The position numbers were made by a program, and so were the translations under genes. A DNA stretch of 64,000 nucleotides from Fidelibacterota bacterium (GTDB lineage: Bacteria; Fidelibacterota; UBA8477; JABMPR01). The notes beneath the pieces are model-generated. The model saw only the letters and a program-made list of their open reading frames with translations. It ran no database searches and was not told the origin of the DNA. The first letter of the stretch is position 1, and the number at the start of each line of letters is the position of its first letter. Of this stretch, positions 19,691 to 30,060 are shown piece by piece. Where the stretch lies: the NCBI GenBank assembly GCA_021734325.1, contig JAIPJF010000008.1:4136-68135 (forward strand), given 5' to 3'.

Positions 19691-20605
19691 ATGACACGAC
19701 TTTTTAGAAAATATCAACGTATCGCAAAAACCATATCACCCATGGAGATTTCAACCAACTTTTCTCAGCAGGATCTTAGCTGGGATGATCTTTTCAATCC
19801 AGGTGCACCGACCAACACCACGGATCTTTTCCTGGGTAAATATTCTGAGGATGGAATAAAATTTATCCTCTCACGTTTTGGGCTGGATAAGCAGGCACGA
19901 CACCTCGGGTTTCGCCACTTGACTGTTAAGATCGACACGAAAGACCCTTTCCGGCATATACTAACCGTTTACAATGGTCTTTCACCGGACCGTTCTCAGG
20001 TCATCATGGAATTTGTAGCTCGCTATCAGCATATCATTCCCAATGATTTAGAAGCAGAATTTCTCTATACTCAGAAATTAAGAGTTTTAACCGTAGAATG
20101 GTTGTTGCTCCAGAATCCAAAAGCTTCATTTAGCAATCAGAAACCCCGGCTTCCAGGTCAGGAGTACCCCGGTCTCGGTCTGGGTGATGAATTACTCGCC
20201 TTATTTACGATCATGGGACGGCATTTGAAGGTGGATGGCATCATTAATGTGCCAGAGCATCTTCATACCGGTTTGCTATTTGGCAAGCGATTCATCTTCC
20301 TAAGCCCCTGTGTACAAGCTCAGGTGGCGCAAATCTCTCATGATCTTTGGAAAAAATATCGACTTTCGGTTATCGCCTGGGCCAGCTCCCTGGGTGCCAT
20401 TGTTCACATTGAATCAGGAAAACCCATGGAGTGGGAACCTCGGAAACAAATTATTCCGATAAACAGACAACTCCGTCAATATTTCAAATCAGATGCATAT
20501 TTGGGAATCGCCCAAGCCCTAAGCAGTTCAGACGTATATTGCATTGATGAGGATAAGTTAAGGCGAGCACTCGCTGCTATGGAAAATCCGCCGTTTATTT
20601 TATAG
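19691..20605 (+). CDS. Hypothetical protein (no recognisable domain)
   Basis: It is a long ORF with coding-like composition. The ATG at 19691 lies downstream of the terminator hairpin. No motif was recognised. Confidence 0.45.
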   Translation: MTRLFRKYQRIAKTISPMEISTNFSQQDLSWDDLFNPGAPTNTTDLFLGKYSEDGIKFILSRFGLDKQARHLGFRHLTVKIDTKDPFRHILTVYNGLSPDRSQVIMEFVARYQHIIPNDLEAEFLYTQKLRVLTVEWLLLQNPKASFSNQKPRLPGQEYPGLGLGDELLALFTIMGRHLKVDGIINVPEHLHTGLLFGKRFIFLSPCVQAQVAQISHDLWKKYRLSVIAWASSLGAIVHIESGKPMEWEPRKQIIPINRQLRQYFKSDAYLGIAQALSSSDVYCIDEDKLRRALAAMENPPFIL

Positions 20606-21463
20606 CCGGAACCAGTTTTCCTTCTCAGCTCTGATCATCAGCAATTCTGCCTGCTTTTTTTCGTGCTGATTCTCGGGATAACAGGGAGAATCCTTATCAT
20701 TCGACGCAGTAATAACCTGGGTTAATATCCGATAGAAAAGATCCTTATCCCCGACCAGAGAGCAATAATATCTGGCCATGAAAGTATAATTTCCCAAATA
20801 GTCAGGAGATTGATCAATTGCAGTCTCAAATGCGATTCTCATGGACAAGGTATCAGTTCCCAGTTCAGGATCGCGGGCAAGCAGTGCCCCCTTGTATCTA
20901 TAATAGGCACCATAATAATAGTTCGAATCTAGATCGTGAATATGTTCCAATGTGGTCCAGACCAGGTCACGTTGTCCAAGACGCACAAGAGGACCTTTTG
21001 ACTCCAGCCATCGACCATAATTGGCGAGACCCCAGTAAAGATTATCCACATATTCTATACCCATTCCCTCGATGGCCATCTTCTCATTACCTGTTGAAAA
21101 TAGAAGATTATAATACTGAGGATTTCGCATACGACTGGCTTGAGCCACCTCGTAGCCTTTGATAAAAAGACTGTCTTTGCTGGCAGAATCATTCGTCAAG
21201 AATTGAGCACAGTAATAATACGCTCGGGAAACTTTTGTGGCCAGAATTACCGATTCCGAATCCTTCTCCGCAAGTTCCAAATAGGAATAGAGTGCTTTAA
21301 AGGCGAGTGCAGAATCAGATCTCAGAGACCAGAATTTATCTGCATCTGCTTCCGTGATATCGTAGGATGCCAGTGGATCAGTAAAGACTTGAGAATTATT
21401 CGTCGCACACGAGATAAAAATCAAGCTGAGGCTCATCATGAAAATGAATCTAATTTTTATCAC
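20600..21463 (-). CDS. Lipoprotein of unknown function (helical-repeat-like)
   Basis: It has the lipobox MSLSLIFISCATN. Y- and A-rich helical content suggests TPR-like repeats. No catalytic motif was recognised. Confidence 0.5.
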   Translation of the reverse strand: MIKIRFIFMMSLSLIFISCATNNSQVFTDPLASYDITEADADKFWSLRSDSALAFKALYSYLELAEKDSESVILATKVSRAYYYCAQFLTNDSASKDSLFIKGYEVAQASRMRNPQYYNLLFSTGNEKMAIEGMGIEYVDNLYWGLANYGRWLESKGPLVRLGQRDLVWTTLEHIHDLDSNYYYGAYYRYKGALLARDPELGTDTLSMRIAFETAIDQSPDYLGNYTFMARYYCSLVGDKDLFYRILTQVITASNDKDSPCYPENQHEKKQAELLMIRAEKENWFRL

Positions 21464-21590
21464 GTAGTCCCCATTTATACGATTTCCTCACCATACTAAA
21501 GTTATCGAATATATACCTTTGCCAGTCCCGATAACAAACATTATTAAATCTTGAACATTGTCCAAGGACTCACATCACACCTTCTTATGC

Positions 21591-24527
21591 TTAATTTGAA
21601 ATACTAAAGGTCCAAAGATTTTTGCCAGGGAGAGACTTCCATGTCTCATTTTCCAGGCGAGCAACTGGAAATTGCAGGTGAAGGGTTAGAGGCCTCAACA
21701 GGGTTGTGATCCAGCTGGTCCGTTTCCAGTGGGGTCTGTACTTGACACCAAATCCCAGGTCGCTGATCCAAGTCCAATGAGCGCCATCTGCTGAGGTTTG
21801 CCCCAGATCAAAAAACGTAATGAAAGTAAATCCCATTGCCCCGACGGGATTGGGGCTAATTGAAAGATCCAGATTATTGCTCCATAAATAATTAATCTGT
21901 GCATCCAGGGAATCGCTGTACCCTCTCATCCGGCCGCCACCCATCAAATGGTAGCGGGAGCCGATCAGATCGATCCTGTCTGTATGATGCAGACTGCTTG
22001 CCAAACGATCCAGGTACAGGGTTCTCGAATCAGCTGAGGCTACGCGGGCCATCACCAATCCAGGTGTCATTGAGCTATTGCTCAAAAAGTTACTCCGATT
22101 GCTTACTTGTATAGAGCCCAGCGATTTAGTCCAGTAACTCATAAGGGATTCCTGACTAAAATCCTGAATGAAATTTCCTAATCCTCTTGGCGAAAATTTG
22201 ACTGACGCACTGAATCCATAAGTTCCTCCAAAGAGATTGTTTTGGAGCTCATAGCGCAGACCAAGTCGGGTAAAGCTACTCTGCTCTGTTGCAGGGATAA
22301 GCGCATGATCAGAATTTGTATAATCTGCTTCCAGAGTTAGGTAATGAACTGGATTTCGCCAGAATCGCTTTGCCCAGCTCATTTCATAGGCTATGACTGC
22401 CGTTGACATGGATCTCCAGCTTCCCAGCGTGCCGGATAAAATCGCTTGAAACGGCAAACCGATCTGTTCCTTTTTAAACGAGAGTGAGACATCTGGATTC
22501 CCGGAAAGGAAATTGTGATCAACTTCAAGGGCCACATAATCTCCTGGATACCGATATACCCGATCAAGGCGGACACCCAGCCCAAGACCTGCATCGTCAT
22601 TATAGCCAAAATGAGGTTTCCACAGAATGAGGTTTTTATCACCAGGGAAATTTTCCCAATCTTTAAAATTGTACCGCCAGGAATTATCCAACCAAGAGCG
22701 ATTATTTCTTCTGTCAACATCCAGAAAGACATTATCAGCATCAAGTGCAGCATCCGTAGGTCGAAAGTCTGATTCAATCTGAATGGTTCCATCTGTTCGA
22801 AACCTGAACTCCTCCAGAGGCGCGGACTGAGTTTCTCCATTTTCACCATAAACGGTCGCTACGATAGGTACAAACAGACCTCCATTATTCTTTACATCAA
22901 TAACGGATCGATACTTTCCATTTGATAAATGTTCAAAATCAAACGCACACAGTTCATAGTCCACGTACTTTGTGGTGTGGAGCCATTGGTCAAAAAACCA
23001 GTCAAGCTCTTCCCCACTTCCATCTTCCATGGATTTTACAAAGCGCTCCTCATTGACATGTTTCAAGGCCCAGCGTTGATAATACAGCTGCATACCGGCC
23101 AGGAATCGGTCCTCACCAAGATAGGATTTTAATGAGTAGATCATCATGGCAGCACGATCATACACATTTGACCTGTAGGACCCAGTATTCTGAAAATCAT
23201 AAGCGTGTGTAGCCACGGGTTCATTGAGCGGTGATTTTATATACTTGATGATGGGCTTATAATCTTTTTCCTGATACATCACCCGGGGAAGATGCTCAGA
23301 TTCAAATTCGGTGATATAATTCCTTGTCAAGGCATAGCCGTTTTCAGGATAGAATATTTCCTGATACCAAAGGGTCTGGAATGATGTAAGACCCTCATCC
23401 AACCATGCGTCATCCAGTTCATCGTTCCCGAATAGACCATAGAACCAGTTATGACCCGCTTCATGAACGATCAATCCTTCGCTATGCGTTTCATCCATGA
23501 TCAGCATGGGATATTCCATACCGCCACCAAGGAGGGCATGGGTGATGGTGAACTGGGGATAGGGATAGGGTCCAAATTTTTCTGATAACCAGCGTATTGC
23601 CGAGATACCATGTTTTACTACAGCTTTGGTCCAATTCTCCCCAACTCCAGTATTGAACAACACGTGAATATCAACTCCCGACCAGTTGCCATGTTCATAT
23701 ACAAAGTCTCGGGAACACATCCAGGCAAAGTCATGTACATTTTCAGCAAGAAAGCTCACCGTGCGTCTTGCCAGACTATCGGTTTGAAGCAGCTGCTCCT
23801 TACGGGCACTGCTGAATTCCTCCAGCCACGCTTCCCATTGCTGTGCAGTATCAACTTCCACATCTGACCAACCTGGATCACCATCAACGACAACGCCCGT
23901 CGCGCACACGATTTGCTCATAGGGCACATCAAGATTTACTCTAAAGGTGCCAAACTCCCCATAAAACTCACCCCAATCACCGAAGGGATCATCGTGCCAG
24001 CCATTTTCATCATATACAACAAATTTTGGATACCATTGGGCAAAGTCAAATTGACTACCCTGATATCCTGAGCGATCGAGATAAGCATGGATAATTAAAG
24101 TCCAGTTCATGTGGAAATGGAGGGTGTCACCTGGGGAAAGAGACTGCTTTAATTGGATTTCGAGGATGGTATCATCTCTGATTGAGAAATCCAATTGGGA
24201 CGAATCAGATGTAATATCCTCAACATTAATTCCCGACCACTTCTGCTCATCTCCGATCGAAGTGCTGTACTGTGACCATACTTCAGCGGCAATGGTACCT
24301 GCATTGTATGCATTGTGATAGAGATGCATGAGGATCTGATTTAATGTATCAGGGGAATGATTCACATAGAGAAGATTTGAAGTGGTCGTAAGGGTCTTTG
24401 TGTCTGCATCCAGAACTGCATTCATGTCATATTCAACATATTGTTGCCAATACTCGGCAAGGCTGATACTTGGCAGCAGACAGATTAATAAAATAAGGTG
24501 TCTGAGATGTTGGCCCGAAAGCTTCAT
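21591..24527 (-). CDS. M1-family zinc metallopeptidase fused to a C-terminal Omp85-like beta-barrel
   Basis: GGGMEYP, HEAGHNWFYG (codons at 23451..23465) and WLDEGLTSF form the M1 gluzincin signature. The C-terminal ~400 aa is beta-rich with GGGRMRGYS (21915..21941), FFDLGQ and LGFGVKY, which resemble Omp85 barrel motifs. The ATG at 24527 gives the signal peptide MKLSGQHLRHLILLICLLPSISLA. Confidence 0.7.
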   Translation of the reverse strand: MKLSGQHLRHLILLICLLPSISLAEYWQQYVEYDMNAVLDADTKTLTTTSNLLYVNHSPDTLNQILMHLYHNAYNAGTIAAEVWSQYSTSIGDEQKWSGINVEDITSDSSQLDFSIRDDTILEIQLKQSLSPGDTLHFHMNWTLIIHAYLDRSGYQGSQFDFAQWYPKFVVYDENGWHDDPFGDWGEFYGEFGTFRVNLDVPYEQIVCATGVVVDGDPGWSDVEVDTAQQWEAWLEEFSSARKEQLLQTDSLARRTVSFLAENVHDFAWMCSRDFVYEHGNWSGVDIHVLFNTGVGENWTKAVVKHGISAIRWLSEKFGPYPYPQFTITHALLGGGMEYPMLIMDETHSEGLIVHEAGHNWFYGLFGNDELDDAWLDEGLTSFQTLWYQEIFYPENGYALTRNYITEFESEHLPRVMYQEKDYKPIIKYIKSPLNEPVATHAYDFQNTGSYRSNVYDRAAMMIYSLKSYLGEDRFLAGMQLYYQRWALKHVNEERFVKSMEDGSGEELDWFFDQWLHTTKYVDYELCAFDFEHLSNGKYRSVIDVKNNGGLFVPIVATVYGENGETQSAPLEEFRFRTDGTIQIESDFRPTDAALDADNVFLDVDRRNNRSWLDNSWRYNFKDWENFPGDKNLILWKPHFGYNDDAGLGLGVRLDRVYRYPGDYVALEVDHNFLSGNPDVSLSFKKEQIGLPFQAILSGTLGSWRSMSTAVIAYEMSWAKRFWRNPVHYLTLEADYTNSDHALIPATEQSSFTRLGLRYELQNNLFGGTYGFSASVKFSPRGLGNFIQDFSQESLMSYWTKSLGSIQVSNRSNFLSNSSMTPGLVMARVASADSRTLYLDRLASSLHHTDRIDLIGSRYHLMGGGRMRGYSDSLDAQINYLWSNNLDLSISPNPVGAMGFTFITFFDLGQTSADGAHWTWISDLGFGVKYRPHWKRTSWITTLLRPLTLHLQFPVARLENETWKSLPGKNLWTFSISN

Positions 24528-24583
24528 ATGTTTTTTCCCCACGATTGACCAGCAGAGGTGGATAGACTTCCACCTCTCACGAT

Positions 24584-26353
24584 TCATTCCATAAGTTTGA
24601 TATGCAACTCTCTGAGCTGATCCTCATCAACAAATGAAGGTGCATCATCCATAAGGGAAGCAGCAGAGGTTGTTTTGGGGAAAGCGATAACGTCACGAAT
24701 ATTGTCTGTCCCCGCGAGCAGCATGATCAAGCGATCGAATCCGAAGGCAATGCCACCATGGGGTGGGGCACCATATTTGAACGCCCTCAACAAGAATCCG
24801 AAACGTGCATTGGCCTCCTCTTCGTCCATACCAATTAATTCGAACATGCGACTTTGCATCTGACGAGTATGAATTCTTATTGATCCGCCAGCAACTTCAT
24901 AGCCATTGATTACCAGATCGTAGGCTCGCGCTCTAACCTTTCCTGGATCTGATGTCATGAGCTCAATATCCTCTGGATTAGGAGAGGTGAAAGGATGATG
25001 CATGGCGATGTACCGCTGACTATCCTCATCCCAGTCCAATAGGGGGAAGTTAGTTACAAAAAGCGGCTTGATGTCTGTCTCCGGGATCAGGTTCTCCCGC
25101 TTGGCAAGTTCTATCCGCAAAGCACCCAAAGCCTGGAGTGTCCTGGCCTCGTCATCAGAGACAAAAAACATAATATCATTATCTTTGAGTGCCAGATTCC
25201 CGATTATCTCGGTTTGGAGCTCAGCTGAAAAGAATTTGCTGATCCCGGCCGCGAAAGCTCCCTGCTCAACCTTTATAAAGGCAAGACCCTTCAATCCATA
25301 GTAGGTTTTCAACCATTCTGTAAGTTCATCCAATATCTTTCTGGAATAATGGTCTGCTGCATTTTTAAGGATCAAGGCCTTCACTCTTCCGCCACCTGCC
25401 AGATTGTCCTTGAAAACACTGAACTCTGTCTTCTCCGCATAGGTGGCAAACTCGATCAAAGGCAGCTCAAACCGGATATCTGGCTTGTCACTCCCATAGA
25501 TTTCCATGGCATCGTGATAATCCATCACAGGAAATGTTTCTGGCAGCTGGTAATCCAGGACTTCCTTGAATATCCCTTGCGTTACGCGTGTCGCCAGACC
25601 CATGATGTCGTCCTGATCAATAAAGGACATCTCAATATCTATTTGTGTGAATTCCGGTTGACGATCAGCCCGCAGATCCTCATCACGAAAACATTTTACA
25701 ATCTGAAAATACTTGTCAAATCCAGCAATCATGAGCAGCTGTTTGTAAGTTTGAGGAGACTGGGGTAAGGCGTAAAATTTTCCTTGATGAATGCGACTTG
25801 GAACCAGATAGTCCCGGGCACCTTCAGGTGTTGATTTCATCAGCACAGGTGTTTCGAACTCCATGAATCCCTCGGCGTTCAACAAACGGCGGGCGCTTTG
25901 ATAGGTTCTGGATCTAATTTTCATGAAATTCTGCAACTCTGACGTCCGTAATTCCAGATAGCGATATTCAAGCCGAAGTTCTTCGTTTCCACTCTCTCGA
26001 TCAGAGACCAGAAATGGAAGGGGTTCTGCTTCATTAAGCACTTCCAATTCAGAGACAATGACTTCGACCTCACCAGTTGGTAAATTAGCGTTGACGTTTC
26101 CACCAGGACGAGCAGTGACCATTCCTTTAATGGCAATGACATCTTCCATACCGAGTCGCTTGGCCCGGTCAGCCATTTTTGCATCAAGATCTGGGTTGAA
26201 TGTGATCTGAGTCTTTCCATAGCGATCGCGGAGATCCAGGAATATCACCCCACCGTGATCTCTATTTTTCGCCACCCAACCATTCAGGATGACTTCCTCA
26301 CCGATATTCTTTGTCGTTAATTGACCACAAGTTACTGTTCGTTTTAATCGCAT
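24584..26353 (-). CDS. aspS: Aspartate--tRNA ligase
   Basis: It has an OB-fold N-terminus, the class II motifs FRDEDLRADRQPEFTQID and GGIAFGFDRL, and the expected length. Confidence 0.93.
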   Translation of the reverse strand: MRLKRTVTCGQLTTKNIGEEVILNGWVAKNRDHGGVIFLDLRDRYGKTQITFNPDLDAKMADRAKRLGMEDVIAIKGMVTARPGGNVNANLPTGEVEVIVSELEVLNEAEPLPFLVSDRESGNEELRLEYRYLELRTSELQNFMKIRSRTYQSARRLLNAEGFMEFETPVLMKSTPEGARDYLVPSRIHQGKFYALPQSPQTYKQLLMIAGFDKYFQIVKCFRDEDLRADRQPEFTQIDIEMSFIDQDDIMGLATRVTQGIFKEVLDYQLPETFPVMDYHDAMEIYGSDKPDIRFELPLIEFATYAEKTEFSVFKDNLAGGGRVKALILKNAADHYSRKILDELTEWLKTYYGLKGLAFIKVEQGAFAAGISKFFSAELQTEIIGNLALKDNDIMFFVSDDEARTLQALGALRIELAKRENLIPETDIKPLFVTNFPLLDWDEDSQRYIAMHHPFTSPNPEDIELMTSDPGKVRARAYDLVINGYEVAGGSIRIHTRQMQSRMFELIGMDEEEANARFGFLLRAFKYGAPPHGGIAFGFDRLIMLLAGTDNIRDVIAFPKTTSAASLMDDAPSFVDEDQLRELHIKLME

Positions 26354-26601
26354 TCTCGCTCCATTAACTATTCACCCAGATGTTCATTTTTTTCACTGCA
26401 AACTCATCTCAAACAACAGTGGTTACCCACCTCACAATAGCACCAATGCTGTGCTTTCTTTCAAGATTATCCATGAATGTCGCTCATGCACAAGCCCAGC
26501 GGATAAAATCGGGGCAATGTAATCCTTGAAGCGGCTACATCAATGATTGACACTTTTAGCTAAGCTTTTTCTCAGAAATTTTAATCCGGTCTGAGCCTGT
26601 T

Positions 26602-26880
26602 TCAGGGTTGATGATTTCTATCAAGATCGTTTGACTCAGCCCCCACTTGTACGGTAAGTCTTGTATCAATAAACATATTTCCAGATCCCATGATCAGCCA
26701 ATTAAAATCAAGATCATAATCCTGAACCAGGGGTATCAGCTTCGGACAACTGATCTCTCGATCTCCCATTTCCCAATAAATAATGGTTCGCTTTCCGATG
26801 CCACAGAGTTCGGCTACTTCCCTTTGGGTTAAGCCCACAGCGGCTCTGAATTCCCTCAATCTTCCTGCAATGGATGACAT
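26602..26880 (-). CDS. XRE-family helix-turn-helix transcriptional regulator
   Basis: The HTH reads LREFRAAVGLTQREVAELCGIGKRTIIYWEMG. Confidence 0.7.
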   Translation of the reverse strand: MSSIAGRLREFRAAVGLTQREVAELCGIGKRTIIYWEMGDREISCPKLIPLVQDYDLDFNWLIMGSGNMFIDTRLTVQVGAESNDLDRNHQP

Positions 26881-27004
26881 ATATCCTCGATTTTATATCT
26901 GCAACAATATGCACCTTAAAAACGAAGGATAAAAAAAGAAAATCAGGGCTACCAAATTTAGGCTGGGCGTACAGACCCAAATTTAACTTAAAAGAGAATC
27001 TTCA

Positions 27005-29689
27005 TCATTGGCCAAACCAATAAGATACCTTCAGTGCGAATACATCATCTGCCTGTTCGCTCAGGAGCGCTGATAAATCCTCAGCAAGATCGAATTTCCC
27101 AGGATGATCATAATTGGCACCATTATGGGTCCATACAAGGAACATGGACGAACCGGGCATAAATTCCCAGCGTAAGACCAGGGTTCCAACCAGAGACTTT
27201 TGATTGAAATCGGGATCGTAGATAATAAAAGCGTCTTCATCCGTCCCCCCTGTGGGATCAACCGAATAATAGTAGTCATTTTTTTCGATTGTTGATCCGT
27301 CTTCTCCATACATCAGAAAGTCATTTGACTCAGGTGCAGCATATTCCTTAAAGCCAGAATATTTCCCGACGCCAATAAAGGGCTGGAAATATCCCTGCAT
27401 GGTGAATCGAGGTGTGATTGGGTACTCAATACGAATTTCAGCAGCTGCTTCCGTATAATCCAGTTGGGAAACCACATAGCGTTTGCCATACATGGCCGTG
27501 TTGTTCAGATCAACCACAGATCTGATATATTGGTTCATATCCGTTGAGCTATAGAAACTCGGTCCAACTGATATATTGATCCGATTACCAATTTTAGCAC
27601 TCACTTCGAATGATGAACCTAGACTTCGCCCACCATCAGTTTCCGCTCCCGTATTGATGGATGCATACATGGAAACATCTTTTCGATAATCAGAGTTAAG
27701 GCTGACACCGAAAAAGGGGCCAGCTACTTCAATTACTCTTGGGCCACCGCGGAGTGCGGCTTTGTTAAGTACCTCTCCCGAATATCCACCATCAAAGCTA
27801 ATACTCCAAAAATTGATGAATTTGATATATGCCATTCCATATAAAACATCTGCTGTCTTAACCATGCCAAAATCGTGACTTGTTGCATAGGCAACATCGG
27901 CTCGGGCAGAATGTATGTATTTGCCGCGCTCCAACCAGCGGTATCCAACACAAACATGCTTATTGATCACATCGGTAGTAAAGGTCAAGCCCATATCGTT
28001 GGTCTCAAAACCAGGTGATATCCAGCCTAATGCAGCATTAAATGAAACATTTCCTTTTTCCTTGTTCAGGTTGAGGCGACCTGCATACCCGCTTAAAGAA
28101 TGGGCCGAAGTATCGAGATTAACATGCTCTGCATCCGGTCTCTGGTAATAATGACTGGAGTTCTGCTGGAGCGAAAATATTCTGGATTCAGAGCCCCTCA
28201 CGTTGGAAAATCCACCCCAACCTCCAAGTACCCAATCTCTATTTTTTCCGAAGAATGCCCACCCGTCTACACCAATGCCAACAGCCTCATCAGAGAGCAG
28301 ATTTTCAATATTGTGATCCTCATCCATGGGACCAAATAATTCCACTCCATTTATGAAGCGTTTGGTATAGGTCCCAATAAAGCCTAAACCATAGCGACCA
28401 TCCTTCATCTCTTTCATTGAGCGTAGCAGATTGTAGGAGGTGTAAGGTTCAACTTGTTCATCGACAATTTTACCATCCTGATAATAGTGGGCATACTCGC
28501 GATTCGTGAGGGCAGCCAACCCGCCAACTGACCAATCATCACCCACTTTTCCACTGATTTTTGCAGCACCCAGAATCCGCGTATTAGACGATTTATCCAA
28601 TGAATCTGGGTGTGCCTGATAAATTCGTCCCTGGGGAGGACGTCCGATCCTGCGGCTATAGAAAAACTGAGGTGTGCTAAAATTGATACTCATATTACTT
28701 GTAGGACCGCTATTGCCAAAATTAAAGATACTTCTCCCTTCCAAAAAGAAGGGCCGTTTTTCAGAATAATAGGTTTCATGATCGGACAAGTTGATGGAGG
28801 AGGGATCTGCTTCCACCTGACCAAAATCCGGGTTGATTGTAGCGTCAACTGTCAAGTTGGCTCCAATTCCAAATTTTGTATCCAACCCCAGATCGAAATT
28901 CGTGTCATGTCCTTCGATAAAGACATTATCAGCCAGTGTTGGAAGTTGACTGGCACCGGAAGTGAAATAGGGTAGATATTCTCTTCTTTTGGGTGGATGT
29001 ATGCTCTGAATATTTGTAAGCTCAGCAGCGCGACTCATCACACCACTCTCGTTGAGGGCAAAATAAGCAAAATAATCCCATTCACCTGCTCTCTGGATAT
29101 AGCGTGTCGGCAGGATACCCCAGGTGTATTCCTCCTTGTCACTAAACCGCAATTGTGAGTAAGGAATTCGCATCTCTGCCGTCCACCCCTTTTCATCGAT
29201 CCTGGTTTTACCTTCCCATATTCCGTCCCATGAATCATCTGTCCATGAATCATTGAAATACACTTCGTCGCGCATGGAACCTGCTGGATTGATCTGGAAA
29301 GAAAATCCAGATCTCTTATCGTGGTAGGAATCTATGATGACTTCAAAGATATCGGCATTTAAAAAGGCATCTCGTCGGCCAATCCGGCCCACAATCGAAT
29401 CGGGGTCAGTATCCCACAGCCGGGCGCCTACATATATTGCATCATTATCGTATCCGATCCAGAGATCCGTTTTTTGGGAGGCTTTAGCCCCATTAAATGG
29501 CTCATACTGGATAAAGTCTGAAACACTCTGTGTTTGATAGAGTGCTTCATCAAGAATGCCATCCACCCTCAGTGGTTTAGAAATTCGGGTGGCCCTTATT
29601 TCCCTTTGTTTGTAGTTATTAGGATCAAAGGGCTCATCATAGGCCAGGAGGATTGATGCGATCGATAAAAGAACGAGTAAATTTTTCAT
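27005..29689 (-). CDS. Secreted DUF5916-like protein with N-terminal carbohydrate-binding family 9-like domain
   Basis: The ATG at 29689 gives a signal peptide. The N-terminal segment DGILDEALYQTQSVSDFIQYEPFNGAKASQKTDLWIGYDNDAIYVGARLWD is typical of CBM9-like/DUF5916 proteins. The C-terminal region is large and beta-rich. Confidence 0.55.
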   Translation of the reverse strand: MKNLLVLLSIASILLAYDEPFDPNNYKQREIRATRISKPLRVDGILDEALYQTQSVSDFIQYEPFNGAKASQKTDLWIGYDNDAIYVGARLWDTDPDSIVGRIGRRDAFLNADIFEVIIDSYHDKRSGFSFQINPAGSMRDEVYFNDSWTDDSWDGIWEGKTRIDEKGWTAEMRIPYSQLRFSDKEEYTWGILPTRYIQRAGEWDYFAYFALNESGVMSRAAELTNIQSIHPPKRREYLPYFTSGASQLPTLADNVFIEGHDTNFDLGLDTKFGIGANLTVDATINPDFGQVEADPSSINLSDHETYYSEKRPFFLEGRSIFNFGNSGPTSNMSINFSTPQFFYSRRIGRPPQGRIYQAHPDSLDKSSNTRILGAAKISGKVGDDWSVGGLAALTNREYAHYYQDGKIVDEQVEPYTSYNLLRSMKEMKDGRYGLGFIGTYTKRFINGVELFGPMDEDHNIENLLSDEAVGIGVDGWAFFGKNRDWVLGGWGGFSNVRGSESRIFSLQQNSSHYYQRPDAEHVNLDTSAHSLSGYAGRLNLNKEKGNVSFNAALGWISPGFETNDMGLTFTTDVINKHVCVGYRWLERGKYIHSARADVAYATSHDFGMVKTADVLYGMAYIKFINFWSISFDGGYSGEVLNKAALRGGPRVIEVAGPFFGVSLNSDYRKDVSMYASINTGAETDGGRSLGSSFEVSAKIGNRINISVGPSFYSSTDMNQYIRSVVDLNNTAMYGKRYVVSQLDYTEAAAEIRIEYPITPRFTMQGYFQPFIGVGKYSGFKEYAAPESNDFLMYGEDGSTIEKNDYYYSVDPTGGTDEDAFIIYDPDFNQKSLVGTLVLRWEFMPGSSMFLVWTHNGANYDHPGKFDLAEDLSALLSEQADDVFALKVSYWFGQ

Positions 29690-30060
29690 AAAGTCCCCAA
29701 TCTTTGTGAGTTGCACTATTGGCTGAGAAAAACAAAACAGATCAATTACTTATAAGACAATCATAAATGTTGAATCACATTGATGTCCGATTGATCCGGG
29801 ATAAATAGGTGTCATTCCCAAATTCATACCGCTCATACTTTCAATGCCTGTGCCAAAATATATAAATTCTATAAATACAACAAGATATCTGATTCTACGA
29901 AATGATTTATGACGCAATTACCGCATCATTATGATATTAACTATATAAAAAAGATATAACTGGATACCCATACGCAATGCTTAAAAGTTGATCGAATCAT
30001 ATTTTTTTAGCACTAAACTTAGGGTATGAATCCTCTATTCTTCCATCCATATTTGTCTCC

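Noticed and set aside
24527-24587. The track gives the M1-Omp85 protein a start at 24587, overlapping the aspS stop by 4 nt.
   Set aside because: This is possible, but the first 20 residues (MNRERWKSIHLCWSIVGKKH) would precede the signal peptide. The ATG at 24527 gives a standard N-terminal signal. I kept this as an alternative rather than a separate feature.
26354-26601. I considered the 248-nt non-coding region upstream of aspS as a T-box or other leader, or as an sRNA.
   Set aside because: I could not find a T-box sequence, a specifier-loop architecture or a terminator/antiterminator pair. The organism looks Gram-negative, where aspS T-boxes are not expected. The region remains uncharacterised without a covariance-model scan.
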